Source of the DNA: an uncultured Chloroflexia bacterium | GTDB taxonomy: Bacteria; Chloroflexota; Ktedonobacteria; Ktedonobacterales; Ktedonobacteraceae | Length of the DNA stretch: 64,000 nucleotides | Assembly (NCBI GenBank): GCA_963717105.1 | Contig: CAVQVL010000012.1 | Location: 122,577 to 186,576, forward strand | Direction of reading: 5' to 3' | Part shown: piece by piece, positions 40,295 through 51,137 of the stretch | Position numbering within the stretch: the first letter of the stretch is position 1 | How the letters are laid out: each line of letters begins with the position of its first letter | The notes under the pieces: model-generated | Databases searched by the model: none | What the model was told of the DNA's origin: nothing | What the model saw: the letters and a program-made list of their open reading frames with translations, nothing else | Translations under genes and position numbers: made by a program

Positions 40295-42744
40295 ATGCCC
40301 ATTACATTTGATCGCAGCCTCTGCTGTGACCTGAATGAGACCAGTAAGCGTGAGTGGCTCATCACCAACGGCGCAGGTGGCTACGCGGCAGGGACGGTCG
40401 CAGGTCTGCTGACCCGAATGGAACACGGTCTACTCGTATCATCGCCACTCGATACGACAACCCCACAACTATTGGTGGCAAAAATGGATGAAGAGGTTGT
40501 GTTTGACCGGCGTACCTATTATCTTGGCACCAACGAGTACCGCGATGGAACACTAAATCCGAGTGGCTTTGTTCATCTTGAAACATTTCGTCTTGAAGAG
40601 GGCTTTCCCATATTTACCTATCGCCTCGGCGGCATTGATGGCATCATCCTGGAAAAACGCATCTGGATGCCGCAAGGCCAGAACACGACTTGCATTCAGT
40701 ATCGCGTTCTGCGTACCGCGACCGCCTACGAAACTGCCTATAGTAATGCCGACTGGCACCCCCAGCATCCCCAGCCTCCCAATGCCAACTATGCCCACAT
40801 CAATAAAGGCAGCGGGTTTAGACGCCATTATGAATACTCAGAGGCGGCTCAACGAGAATTGACCCTAAAGTTGTTGCCATTCTCCGCGTATCGTGCCTAT
40901 AATCAGCCACAATCTGGCAACAACGATTGGCATTTACAGGTACAACAACTTTCCACTGAACAGAAGCCAGCCTCTTTACCAGAAGGCGTCGCCGGTTGCA
41001 CGATTCATGCATATGAGGGAGCGCATCCCTACCATATTTTGGCGATAGGTCATCCTGAGACCCAGGCAAGCTTCATCCCCACGAACGTCTGGTACTGGCA
41101 TTTCCTGCGGCAACACGACTCAGCGGCAGGACGCCCCGCCACTGATGACCTGTATCTTCCTGGCGTTCTCCGGGCCAGACTGTGGGCAGACGAGGATTGC
41201 GTCCTGACAATCATTGTCACGGCAGAAGACCTATCAGAACAAACATTTAGTCTGAATCAATTAAACCTCTCATATACACGAGCCGTCGAAAGCCAGCATC
41301 GTCTCCTACAACCACAACGCTATTTTGGTGAAGGCGGCGAAACAGCCCACGCCTTGTCCATTCTTCCTTTGCCTATTGCTCCCGACTCGCATCCAGGCGG
41401 CGAGGAGTACCTGCGGCTGTTGCTTCAGGCAGCAAATCGCTTGATCATTCAGTGTCCTATTAAGCGGAACGAAAATGGGAACATATCGGCGCTGCTCTTC
41501 ACAGGGCCCGAAAAAGTGCCTGTCATCCTCGCGGATTACTACGGTATGCAGGCCTCGACACGCGACACGCTCATGGCACTCCCCGGACTGCTTCTGGCCA
41601 CTGGTCGCCATAGTGAAGCCGGGCGCATCCTGCATTGGCTCGCTCGCTTCTTCAAGCAGGGCCTTTTGCCCGACTACTTACCATTGGCCGGGCAAACAGC
41701 AGAAACGAACGATTATAGCAATGTAGATAATACGCTCTGGTACCTCTACGCGCTCGACGCCTATGTGCGCACCACTCGTGACTACGAGCTATTGGGCGAA
41801 CTTTACCCACGGATCGCCGCCAGCATTGACCGATACCTTCAGGGTACCGAGAACGGCATCCAGTGCGATCCCGAAGATGGACTGTTGCAGGCAAACGCAC
41901 CTGGCAAAGCACTTACATGGATGAATGCCACCGCCCAAAACAACCAGGACAACCAGGGCAACCGAGACAACCAGTGACACCGCGTAGCGGGAAACCTGTC
42001 GAAGTCAACGCGCTCTGGTACTATGCCCTCTCGCTGATGCAGGAGTGGTCGCAATCGCAATACCACAACGGCCGTAGTGACCACCCCCCTTCCTATTATG
42101 AGGAACGCAGCGAACGCTGCCGCCAGAGCTTCCAACATAAGTTCTGGAACGCTGAGAACGGCTACCTTTATGACGTTGTGGATGGACCAGAAGGCAACGA
42201 TGCCGCGTTAAGGCCCAACCAATTGCTGGCCCTTTCCCTACGTTACCCGGTATTAGCAATAGAGTACAGGCTACCGGTCTTCAAGCAAGTAACCGAACAT
42301 CTATTGACCCCCTATGGCTTACGCACACTTGCCCCAGGAGAAACCGTCTATCGTGGACATCTACCTGAGCAATGGGAAGAGCAGCAGCAAGCATTACATC
42401 AGGGAAGTGTATGGCCCTGGCTACTCGGCTCCTATATTGAGACCATGCTCAGTATGCAAAGCGTAGATTTTGAAGTACCATCTATGCGAGGAATAGATAG
42501 CAATCTTCCACAAGAGTACCTGTGGCGCAAGAGTATTCTGCTGTTGGAGCCATTTAGAAAGCAGCTAGAAACGGGAATGCTCGGCACCATTGGCAGCGTT
42601 TTCTCCGGCAACGAACCTCACAATCCTGGTTACAATGTTGCTTCCGCGCTCAGCATTGGAGAAATTCTGCGCATGTACCACCGCCTCACGCAACAACGGC
42701 ACCAACCATCTGTTGCCTTGACGCCAGTAAAGAGTCTGCGATAA
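40295..42744 (+). CDS. Glycogen debranching enzyme (amylo-alpha-1,6-glucosidase, GDE_N/GDE_C type), frame broken near 41965-41977
   Basis: WLITNGAGGYAAGTVAGLLTRMEHGLLV at the N-terminus, then ...TWMNA followed in the second frame by VTPRSGKPVEVNALWYYAL. Start ATG 40295 behind GGAGGG. Confidence 0.8.
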
Positions 42745-42788
42745 ATCTGTTCGTACTTCTCTCTACTTCTGCACATTCTGCTAGCGAG

Positions 42789-43830
42789 TTATCCACATTT
42801 TCTGTGGATAACTCGCTATTTTCAAGCTGATTCCCATGCAAAGAGTTATCCACAATGACCGTGGATAACTTATCCACATTTCCACGTGTGCAAAAGTAAT
42901 ATACCGGTTATCCACAGTCGTTGTGGATAACTTATCCACATTTTTTCTAACCAGTGGATAAGTTTTGAAGTTGTGCACAATTACTGTGGATAACTTATCC
43001 ACATTGTCCACATACAGACATCAGCAGGGATACTTATCCACAGTTGCTGTGGATAACTTATCCACACTTTTCCCAATTGGTGGATAACTTTTAAGTTATG
43101 CACATGTAGTGTGGATAAGTTATCCACATTGTCCACATACGGCTGTCAGCAGGGATAAGTTATCCACAGTTGCTGTGGATAACTTATCCACACTTCTCCC
43201 GATTGGTGGATAACTTTTGTGGTTATTTACATTCCTTCAAAGGACAGCAAATACAAATGTAGTGGTTTTAACCATAGCGTTATCACGCAAAAGAACGCAA
43301 AAAGTGGATAAATTACCTCAAAATGTGGACAACTCAGGCAAATTGTGTAAAAGTCCTTGCATCCCTCTCATATCTCTCCTCCGAGCCTGATGCTTGTTTC
43401 CCCTCTTAAACATATTCACATTTGTAGTGGATAACTTATCCACAATTTCATGAACAGGTGGATAACGTCGAAACTTATCCACATTCATTGTGAATAACTT
43501 ATCCACATTTTTCTCAACTGGTGGATAAGCTACGAGATTATCCACACAGCCTGTGGACAACTTATCCACAGGCTAACAAGAGAGAGAAAAGTTATCCACC
43601 AGGGCGGTCAAGTTATCCACAGCTTGTTCACTTCATTCACATACAGTGGATAAGTTATCCACAACGCCTACACCGGCCTCCAGAGCCATTTTATATAATT
43701 CAGTCAAGAATGAGAACCTTCAAAAAAAGCAAGTTATCCACTTATCCACAGCCCCTACTACTGCTGTTATATATTAAGTAATTAAAATAATATATTACGT
43801 AGTACGTAGGGGCTGTGGATAAGTGGATAA
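42789..43830. promoter_or_regulatory. Dense DnaA-box array: candidate chromosomal replication origin (oriC) or DnaA-titrating locus
   Basis: My manual count gives 19 TTATCCACA and 7 TGTGGATAA perfect 9-mers plus 19 single-mismatch variants. Ten head-to-head pairs are spaced by 1 nt. A 125-bp tandem duplication spans 42985-43109 / 43110-43233. Confidence 0.75.
43767..43797. other. AT-rich candidate DNA-unwinding element bracketed by a 17-bp inverted repeat (43742-43758 / 43806-43822)
   Basis: TTATATATTAAGTAATTAAAATAATATATTA has one G in 31 nt. The flanking TTATCCACAGCCCCTAC and GTAGGGGCTGTGGATAA are exact reverse complements. Confidence 0.5.
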
Positions 43831-44031
43831 CTTTGGGTATGGAACAAAATAGGATTTGTGTCTTACCTTCTCCCTTTTTCGTTCTAACAGATAGTACAAT
43901 TGGGGTAGCAAAAATCCTTTTTATTACGTTTGTATACGTGAGCGCGACTTTCAGGGAGATAGCTCGTTATATCGAATGTAGGACGAAGACGCTAATCTAT
44001 CATATCTACTCGTTTTAATAAAGGATACTGG

Positions 44032-46116
44032 GTGATGTCTACTATAGAGACAGTCAAAGCAAAAGTAGATGTGGTTGATGAGATTGGGCTGGTCGTCGCG
44101 CTCTCGAAATCGGGTAAGGCATTTAAGGGCCTGTGTCCATTTCACAACGAGCGCACACCCTCGTTTTATGTCTTTGCCGACTCGCAATCCTGGCACTGTT
44201 TTGGTTGTAACGAGGGCGGCGATGTTTTCACATTTGTGCAGAAGCAGCAGAATTTAGAATTTCGCGATGCGTTACTTTATCTCGCTGAGAAAGCCGGTGT
44301 CCCGGTAGAAGAGTACGCGGGCGGAAACCCGGAGGAAGAGCGGGAAACGCAGGCCATCAAAGAGCGTATGCGCAAAATGAACGAAGACGCGCAGTTGTGG
44401 TTTCACCAGATGTTGTTACGCTCGAAGGAGGCCGCGGGGGCCAGAGAGTATATAAAGAGTCGCGGGATTGCACCTGATACGGTGGTGGCATTTGGTCTTG
44501 GTTACGCTCCCCAGGGCCAAAGTTGGGATGGATTAACTCGTTACCTGCAGAGTCAGGGCTATACGGAGCGCGAATTGATAAATGGTGGCTTAGCACGAGA
44601 ACGCGAAGAGGGGAAAGGTGGTGGGGTCTATGATTACTTTCGGCAACGTCTTATCTTTCCTATTCGGGATACGCGCAGTCGAGTGATTGGTTTTGGCGGG
44701 CGGGAGTTAGGGGGCGGGCAACCAAAGTACTTGAATTCGCCGCAGACGTTACTGTTTGAAAAAAATAGCGTCTTATATGCATTGGATATGGCAAGGGACG
44801 CCATAAAACAGGCAAAGCAAGTGGTGATCGTCGAAGGGTATGTAGACGCGGTTATCGCGCATCAATATGGCACGACACAAACGGTAGCTTGCATTGGCAG
44901 TGCCATCACGGAAAAGCACATTCAACAATTAAAAAAGTTGACGAAGCAGGTAACGCTCGCGCTTGATCCTGACGCGGCTGGTGCCAGCGCAACTGAGCAT
45001 GGTATTCAGGAAGCGTTGAAAACGTTTGACCGCACCATCGTACCTGTCCCATTGGCGGGAACGCCCGGTGGATACGGTGGCCACAGTGGACGCAGACGCA
45101 ACGAGCCACGCGGTATTATTCGGCTGGAAGAGCAAGTAGATGCGGAAATCAATGTCCTGCAACTACCAGTGGGCGAGGACCCGGACGAGGTGATCCGCCG
45201 CGATTTTGCCTTCTGGGCCAACGCGGTAGCCCATCCTCTGCCCTTGATAGACTACTACTTCGCGACAAAGACGGCTGGCTTGAATTTACGTGAACCCGCG
45301 GGCCAGACAGAGGCGGCGAAGCGACTGTTACCTGTGATCGGGATGATTTCTGACCGTATCAAGCGTGACGCCTACATACGGAAGCTCGCATCAATGATCA
45401 GCATTGACGAGCGCAGTTTATACGATGAATTGCAGCGCAGCTTGCGAGGGCAGAAATCTACCGGTGTCGTGGCAGCATTCTCCGCATCAAATACTTCGGG
45501 GAAACGCACAACGAAGGGAAACGGCGAGGCCCAGGAAAAACCCGAATGGGCCGAGAATCTGTTGAGGCCGGGGGAACCGAAGAAACTGAGCCAGTTGAGG
45601 CGGGACACCTGCAAGAAAAGCGGAGTAGCAGAGGACTTGACAAAAGGAAGGTAGATAAGTTACAATGGGAGGACTACCTGATCGGGCTACTCTTGCACAA
45701 TCCTGGGTTAAGTACGCATGTTTGTGGTATAATAACTGATGGTGACTTTGCTGGGACTGACACGCGAGAGTTGTACCGCATTCTCAACTCTATGAACCAA
45801 CGTGGCTTTTCCTCCTCAAATCAACCCGTCGAACAAGTAGTGCCTTTTGCGTTGGCGGCAGCCGTCGCGAGGGCGCAAAAGTGTGCTGAGTCGAGTGCTT
45901 CAAAAGATGAAGTTGGACTGGTTCGGGACGCAGTCCAGTGTGCTACCCGACTCAAGCGAACGACGATTGATACAATTGAATATCGAGTTACAGTATCTCA
46001 TGCGCGAAGCAGAGACAACTGGTGACGTAACGTCAGAGCGGCAATTGCGCTTGCAACTGTTTGCGAACCAGCAACAGTTGCGAACAATTGACTCAGCAAC
46101 GCATTTGCAGGGGTAA
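44032..46116 (+). CDS. dnaG: DNA primase DnaG, frame broken near 45560-45650 and near 45955-45965
   Basis: Zn-finger CPFHNERTPSFYVFADSQSWHCFGCNEGGDVFTF, TOPRIM (VVIVEGYVDAV). The C-terminal helicase-binding region continues in two other frames (45546-46025, 45847-46116). Confidence 0.85.
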
Positions 46117-46295
46117 GCAGAAAAGCCTGTCTTTGTCGGTGCGGGCTGGTAGAGAGGGTGGTAGGGATGGTGGGGTAGCCGGAGTGGCAGAAAATAGACA
46201 TCATCTTACCAAATTGGATACCAGGAAACGGGATGTATTATCATTCCATTATTCGTTTTATCATCTAGACCTGTTTTCTGAAGGGGGATGCCAGA

Positions 46296-47560
46296 ATGGT
46301 GAATAGGGAACAAGACGTGATTGATCTGGTACGCGATGAGCGAATAAGTACAGAGCCATTAAGTGAGTGTTCAGATGTAGAACCGTTTGATGAGTCCATG
46401 TTGAGTAATACGGAAAACATTTTTAATATTGACAGTATAGGTCATGTTGCTCATGCGACGCCGAGTGGTAGCCTTGTGGCACCTACTGACGAGCATGAGT
46501 CATATGATCTGTTCGCGAAGCTGCAGGACGAAGAGCCTATGGATGCCCTGGATCCAACCAAAGAGCCGCCCGCAGATTGGGAGCCAGGACCAGAAGACGA
46601 GGTAGATGCATGGTCATGGCGAACAGCAAATGGGAAGATCTGCAAGATGGTTTTGGTATTGTAGTTGCCGATCTTGAGAGTAGCCTGGATGATCCAGTGC
46701 GGATGTACCTGCGCGAGATCGGACGTGTCCCTCTGCTTTCGGCAGAGGAAGAGGTTCGGCTGGCGCAACGCATGGAGCGCGGCAAGGCTGAGCGACTCAA
46801 ACCAGCACCCAAAACCGCCGCTACATTGACGATGGTGAGGAGGCCCAGCGCCGTCTCACCGAGGCCAACCTGCGCCTTGTTGTCAGCGTGGCGAAGAAGT
46901 ACATCGGGCGTGGTATGAGCCTGCTGGACCTGATCCAGGAAGGCAATATCGGCCTGATTCGTGCCGTTGAGAAGTTCGACTATAACTAAGGGCTACAAGT
47001 TCAGCACGTATGCGACGTGGTGGATTCGTCAGGCCATCACTCGTGCCATCGCCGATCAGGCGCGTACCATTCGTATCCCCGTGCACATGGTGGAGACGAT
47101 CAACCGCCTGATTCGCATCAGCCGCCGTCTGCTGCAAGACCTGGGGCGTGAACCCACGTCCGAGGAGATCGCGGAGCAGATGGAGATTACCGCGGAGAAG
47201 GTGCGCGAAATCATCAAGGTCAGCCAGGAGCCGGTCAGCCTCGAGACGCCAATCGGTGAGGAAGAGGATAGCCATCTCGGTGATTTCATCGAAGACCACA
47301 CCGCCCTGGCACCAGCCGAGGCCGCCAGCCATCAACTGCTCAAAGAGCAGGTTGAGGATGTGCTGGACAGCCTGACCGAGCGCGAGCGCAAGGTATTGCA
47401 ACTGCGCTTCGGTCTTGACGATGGTCGCAGCCGCACGCTCGAAGAGGTTGGCAAGGAGTTCCACGTCACTCGCGAGCGCATTCGCCAGATCGAGGCGAAA
47501 GCTCTGCGCAAATTGCGCCATCCAAGCCGCAGCCGCAAGCTGAAAGATTACCTCGATTAG
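46296..47560 (+). CDS. rpoD: Principal sigma-70 factor RpoD/SigA, at least two (probably three) frame disruptions; conserved core from 46610
   Basis: Region 1.2 [22 protein letters not shown] (frame of 46610). Region 2 [41 protein letters not shown] is only readable in another frame between ~46795 and 46986. [34 protein letters not shown] is back in the first frame. An acidic ORF at 46296-46664 may be region 1.1. Confidence 0.85.
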
Positions 47561-47584
47561 CATTTTTCACAGGTTATGTACCGA

Positions 47585-47641
47585 ACAAAAGGAGAATGAG
47601 CATATTCTGCACGCGTGCCAAAAATGCTCATCTCCTTTTGT
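47585..47641 (+). terminator. Imperfect hairpin downstream of rpoD (ACAAAAGGAGAATGAGCAT ... ATGCTCATCTCCTTTTGT)
   Basis: About 18-bp stem with a one-base bulge and a 20-nt loop. Confidence 0.45.
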
Positions 47642-47854
47642 GCGGTGCGTAGCACTGCGTTTCACAGAAGCTGTATCAATGATTGCTAGTGTTTGCCCGA
47701 TTACTTCCCGATGTTCCGGTACAAGTATATTCCCCAACAATTTGACCGTTTCACAATACAGGTGCAGGCGGCTATGCCTCTGGCTTTCACAGGATGCATG
47801 TTTGATGCTATATCCACTCCTGCCGCTTGCCGATGATAGTTGTCCAGGCCGAGT

Positions 47855-48496
47855 TCAACCTGCCGCTTCTTCTACTTGCTGGTAATAGGTGCTATCGGTT
47901 TTGATCATGACGCCACGCTGCACTGCTACAACTTCTGTTAGATGTGCGAGCAGCTTTTCGCTGGCATAAGCGATGCCTAGGTCATTATTTTTCGATAGTT
48001 CGCTGAGTATTTTATGCGCCATCTCGGTATATAGCATCAGCCATTCGCTGGCAAAGAAGTTCGCGGATTCCTGCAATGGCTCCCAGCGAAAGTTGGCGAT
48101 ATCATGCATAAGCGCGGTAACAGAACCATCTTTGTCGAGCAAAGTACGACGTACACCCGGTGTTTGCAGACTGGCTCCGACCCAGATGGCAAGGTATGGT
48201 AGTGTTAATGAGCGGCGCACATCCCCCCTTTTTTGAAACCAATGCTAACAAGATGCCCATCTCTGATACACCATCCGTTTCGCTGGCTGCTTCATCGTAT
48301 CTGGCACCCAGCATGCCAGATCAACGTCACTATATGGGGTCGTTTCGCCACGTATATGGCTGCCAGCCAGCGTAATGCCCACGATATCATCAGTATCAAT
48401 CTCTGCGATCAGAGCGTTCAGAAAGTCGTCTGAGAGCGAAGGAACGTGATGTTCCTCTGGCTGATAAGGAAAACTGAGGTTGTGCGAAGTGTTCAT
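47855..48496 (-). CDS. Nucleotidyltransferase-domain protein (kanamycin/aminoglycoside nucleotidyltransferase-like), frame broken near 48220-48260
   Basis: The N-terminal ORF has GITLAGSHIRGETTPYSDVDL (GS-x-DxD NTase motif). The C-terminal helical part continues in ORF 47855-48220. Confidence 0.55.
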
Positions 48497-48610
48497 TTGT
48501 TTTCCCTCCTGAAAGGTGAATGTACATGTTGTTCAAGTATACTTGAGCATGTGTGAAACAACACCGGTCAAAGGGACGATTTTTTGCTTGACCGGATGGG
48601 GTATAATGGA

Positions 48611-48689
48611 GCCGTAAAGAGAAAAAATGTGGCGGGTGTATGCTGGTAAATTGCCAGCATACACCCGCCACATTTTTTCTCTTTACGGC
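48611..48689. other. Perfect 36-bp-stem hairpin (7-nt loop) in a divergent intergenic region
   Basis: 48611-48646 is the reverse complement of 48654-48689. It is not downstream of any recognisable gene. TATAAT at 48602-48607 directly precedes it. Confidence 0.6.
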
Positions 48690-48835
48690 ATTTGTGTGAC
48701 GCATAGATCTAGGTAACGGTGGCTATACTGGACATAGATATTCAGGTTGATACAGATGGAGAGAGACGATGCCGGTAAGAAATACTGTGATGCCGCCGCT
48801 GCGCCCGAAGATGCAAGAGAAATATATAACGCCGG

Positions 48836-50010
48836 ATGAGACATGGCTCAACGATGTTGGCCCACTATCTAACTACCCCAACCGAAGCACGCGATGCAGA
48901 AAAAACAGGAAACGGTTGTCAGAACAGTCTGGGGGATGTTGGCTATGGCGGCTATGGTCCATTGGAAACCCTATTGAAAGATGATAGCATCTCCGAGATA
49001 ACATGCATCGGCCCTCGCCGTACCTATATTGAACGCAACGGTTTGTTGGAAGAGGTGCCATGTTATTTTGAGAATGAAGGGCAAATGTTGCGGATTATTG
49101 AGCAGATGGTGCTTGTGCCGGTCAGCGTTTACAACCCGGTTGGCCTATCATTGATGCGCGTTTGCTCAATGGCGTCCAACTTCATGCAGTGTTGCCTCCC
49201 TATGCCGCGAATGGGCCAACGCTTACACTGCGCAAGGGGATGAGCCAGGAACCTTTGACACTGGCGGATATGGTATGTAGTGACTCACTATCACAGTCTA
49301 TGGCGGATGTGCTACAGGCATGCGTGGAAGGTCGCTTGAATATTCTTATCTGTGGTGGTCAGAACTCTGGGCGCACAACGCTGCTCAATGCGCTTTGTGC
49401 CACTATTCCAGATGAGGAACGTATCATCACTATTGAAGAGTCGGCTGAATTGCGTTTGCGCCAGAAACAGGTGATAGGACTGGTAGCGGCAGCAATGGGG
49501 CCACAAGCTACCGGAAGTGTGACGTTACGTGATCTGATCGTGAGCGCCTTACACATGGGGCCTGAGCGCATCATTCTGGACGAGTGTCGCGATGAAGAGG
49601 TCATGGAATTGCTCCAGGCACTGTACACAGGCTATAATGGCTCACTTTGACGGTCTATGCTAAAGACGCCAGGATTGTCTTACACGCTTAGAGACGATGT
49701 GCACGACGGTGATAGCTCCATATACCCCTCACGTAAATATCCGTCAGTCAAATGGCAGATCAGTGTGGACGTAATTGTGTATATGTCTCGTATGCCCGAT
49801 GGTTCACGTAAAATTGTGGATATAGCTGAAGTACTGAGTGATGAAAATGATGAGCTGAAGACTCAAAGCATTTTTTCTTATCATGAGGATGGATTGGATA
49901 GGGAGACTGGAAAGTCTACCGGTGACTTTGAATCCTACGGTGTTTGCCCGGCGTTTTTGACCAAGCTTGCGGTGATGGATATTCAGTTACCGAAAGAGAT
50001 GTTTATGTAA
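48836..50010 (+). pseudogene. CpaF/TadA-like type II/IV secretion ATPase, orphan and broken by at least 4 frame changes
   Basis: GYGPLETLLKDDSISEI, Walker A GGQNSGRTTLLNAL, ERIITIEESAEL, ERIILDECRDEE. After GYNGSL the expected continuation (LTVYAKDA / RDCLTRLETM / QISVDVIVYMSRMPDGSRKI) is spread over three frames within ~120 nt. No other tad/pil genes are nearby. Confidence 0.65.
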
Positions 50011-50036
50011 AGTATACTCCGCTCTTTGCTCTCAAA

Positions 50037-50234
50037 ATGAAAGCGTGTGCTATTCAAATGTTCGTGCTCGTTTTTCGTGTTGATAAATGGCAAGGAACAT
50101 TGCTCTCCGATACCAGTGAAACAACTGATGCTCATTTCTTTGCCCTCGATGCCTTGCCAGATAATTTGCATCCATTGTATCTTGAAACACTTGAAGACAT
50201 ACAACACTTCAATGGACGCCTTATCCTCAAGTGA
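50037..50234 (+). pseudogene. Possible C-terminal remnant of a NUDIX-type hydrolase
   Basis: FVLVFRVDKWQGTLLSDTSETTDAHFFALDALPDNL resembles the region after a Nudix box. The box itself is absent. Confidence 0.2.
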
Positions 50235-50280
50235 TAACAAATTTGTCTCAAGTAAGCTAATATCCCACATTCCAAAATAA

Positions 50281-50322
50281 GTCACAGCATATGTAACAGT
50301 TAACTGTTACATATTCTGTGAC
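50281..50322. terminator. 21-bp-arm loopless palindrome (1 mismatch) between convergent gene ends
   Basis: GTCACAGCATATGTAACAGTT / AACTGTTACATATTCTGTGAC. Confidence 0.5.
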
Positions 50323-50332
50323 CGTTACATCG

Positions 50333-51127
50333 CTACTGTTCAATAACTTCAATGGTTTTACGGACAATTTCGATGAAATCGTGCTTAAGACTGGCACCGC
50401 CGACGAGCGCACCGTCTATGTCGGGGTGCGCCATGAAATCCGCGATGTTGGACGAGGTGACGCTGCCGCCATAGAGAATGCGTAGAGCGGATGCCGCTTC
50501 CCTACCGTACATGTCGCCATAGAGTTCACGTATCTGGTGAATGACCTTCCCTGCTCCTTCAGCGGTGGCGGCTTTGCCGGTGCCAATGGCCCAGATGGGT
50601 TCATAGGCGATGACAACTTCGTTGACATGCTGTGATGGAAGGTTTACGAGACTGGCATGAACTTGATGGCGGATCACCTGCTCGGTTTCGTCCGCGTCGT
50701 GTTGCACCTCATTTTCGCCAATGCAGACGATGGGGCGCAGGTGGTGATGCAGGGCAGCCAGCGTTTTGCGGTTTACCAGTTCATCGTTTTCGCCGAAGAT
50801 CGTGCGACGCTCGGAGTGACCTAGAATGACGGTATTGCATAACTCCCCAACCATTGTTGGTGAAAGCTCGCCGGTGAAGGCACCGTTATCCTCAAAATAC
50901 ATATTCTGTGCGCCCAGGTCTACGCGCGACTGTGGTTGGGCATCCAACACCTGCCGGACAGCTGGTAAAGAGATGGCTGGTGGGCAGAGTATGCACTGGA
51001 TATGTTCGTGCTGCGACACGAGTTGCTCCAGTTCTGGCACAATTTCTTGCGCAAAGACTTTTGCCAGGTTGGGGCCGTAGTTCATTTTCCAGTTGCCCGC
51101 GATGATCGCGGAACGAATATTTGCCAT
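50333..51127 (-). CDS. tpiA: Triosephosphate isomerase
   Basis: AGNWKMN, ILGHSERR, YEPIWAIGTG. Confidence 0.92.
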   Translation of the reverse strand: MANIRSAIIAGNWKMNYGPNLAKVFAQEIVPELEQLVSQHEHIQCILCPPAISLPAVRQVLDAQPQSRVDLGAQNMYFEDNGAFTGELSPTMVGELCNTVILGHSERRTIFGENDELVNRKTLAALHHHLRPIVCIGENEVQHDADETEQVIRHQVHASLVNLPSQHVNEVVIAYEPIWAIGTGKAATAEGAGKVIHQIRELYGDMYGREAASALRILYGGSVTSSNIADFMAHPDIDGALVGGASLKHDFIEIVRKTIEVIEQ

Positions 51128-51137
51128 GCTGCCACCT

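Noticed and set aside
42789-43830. The regularly recurring short repeats could be mistaken for a CRISPR array.
   Set aside because: The repeats are 9-mers (DnaA-box consensus) in both orientations with irregular spacing of 1-60 nt. There are no 25-40 bp direct repeats, no uniform spacers and no cas genes.
46883-47563. 226-aa minus-strand ORF.
   Set aside because: It is antisense to the conserved regions 2-4 of rpoD.
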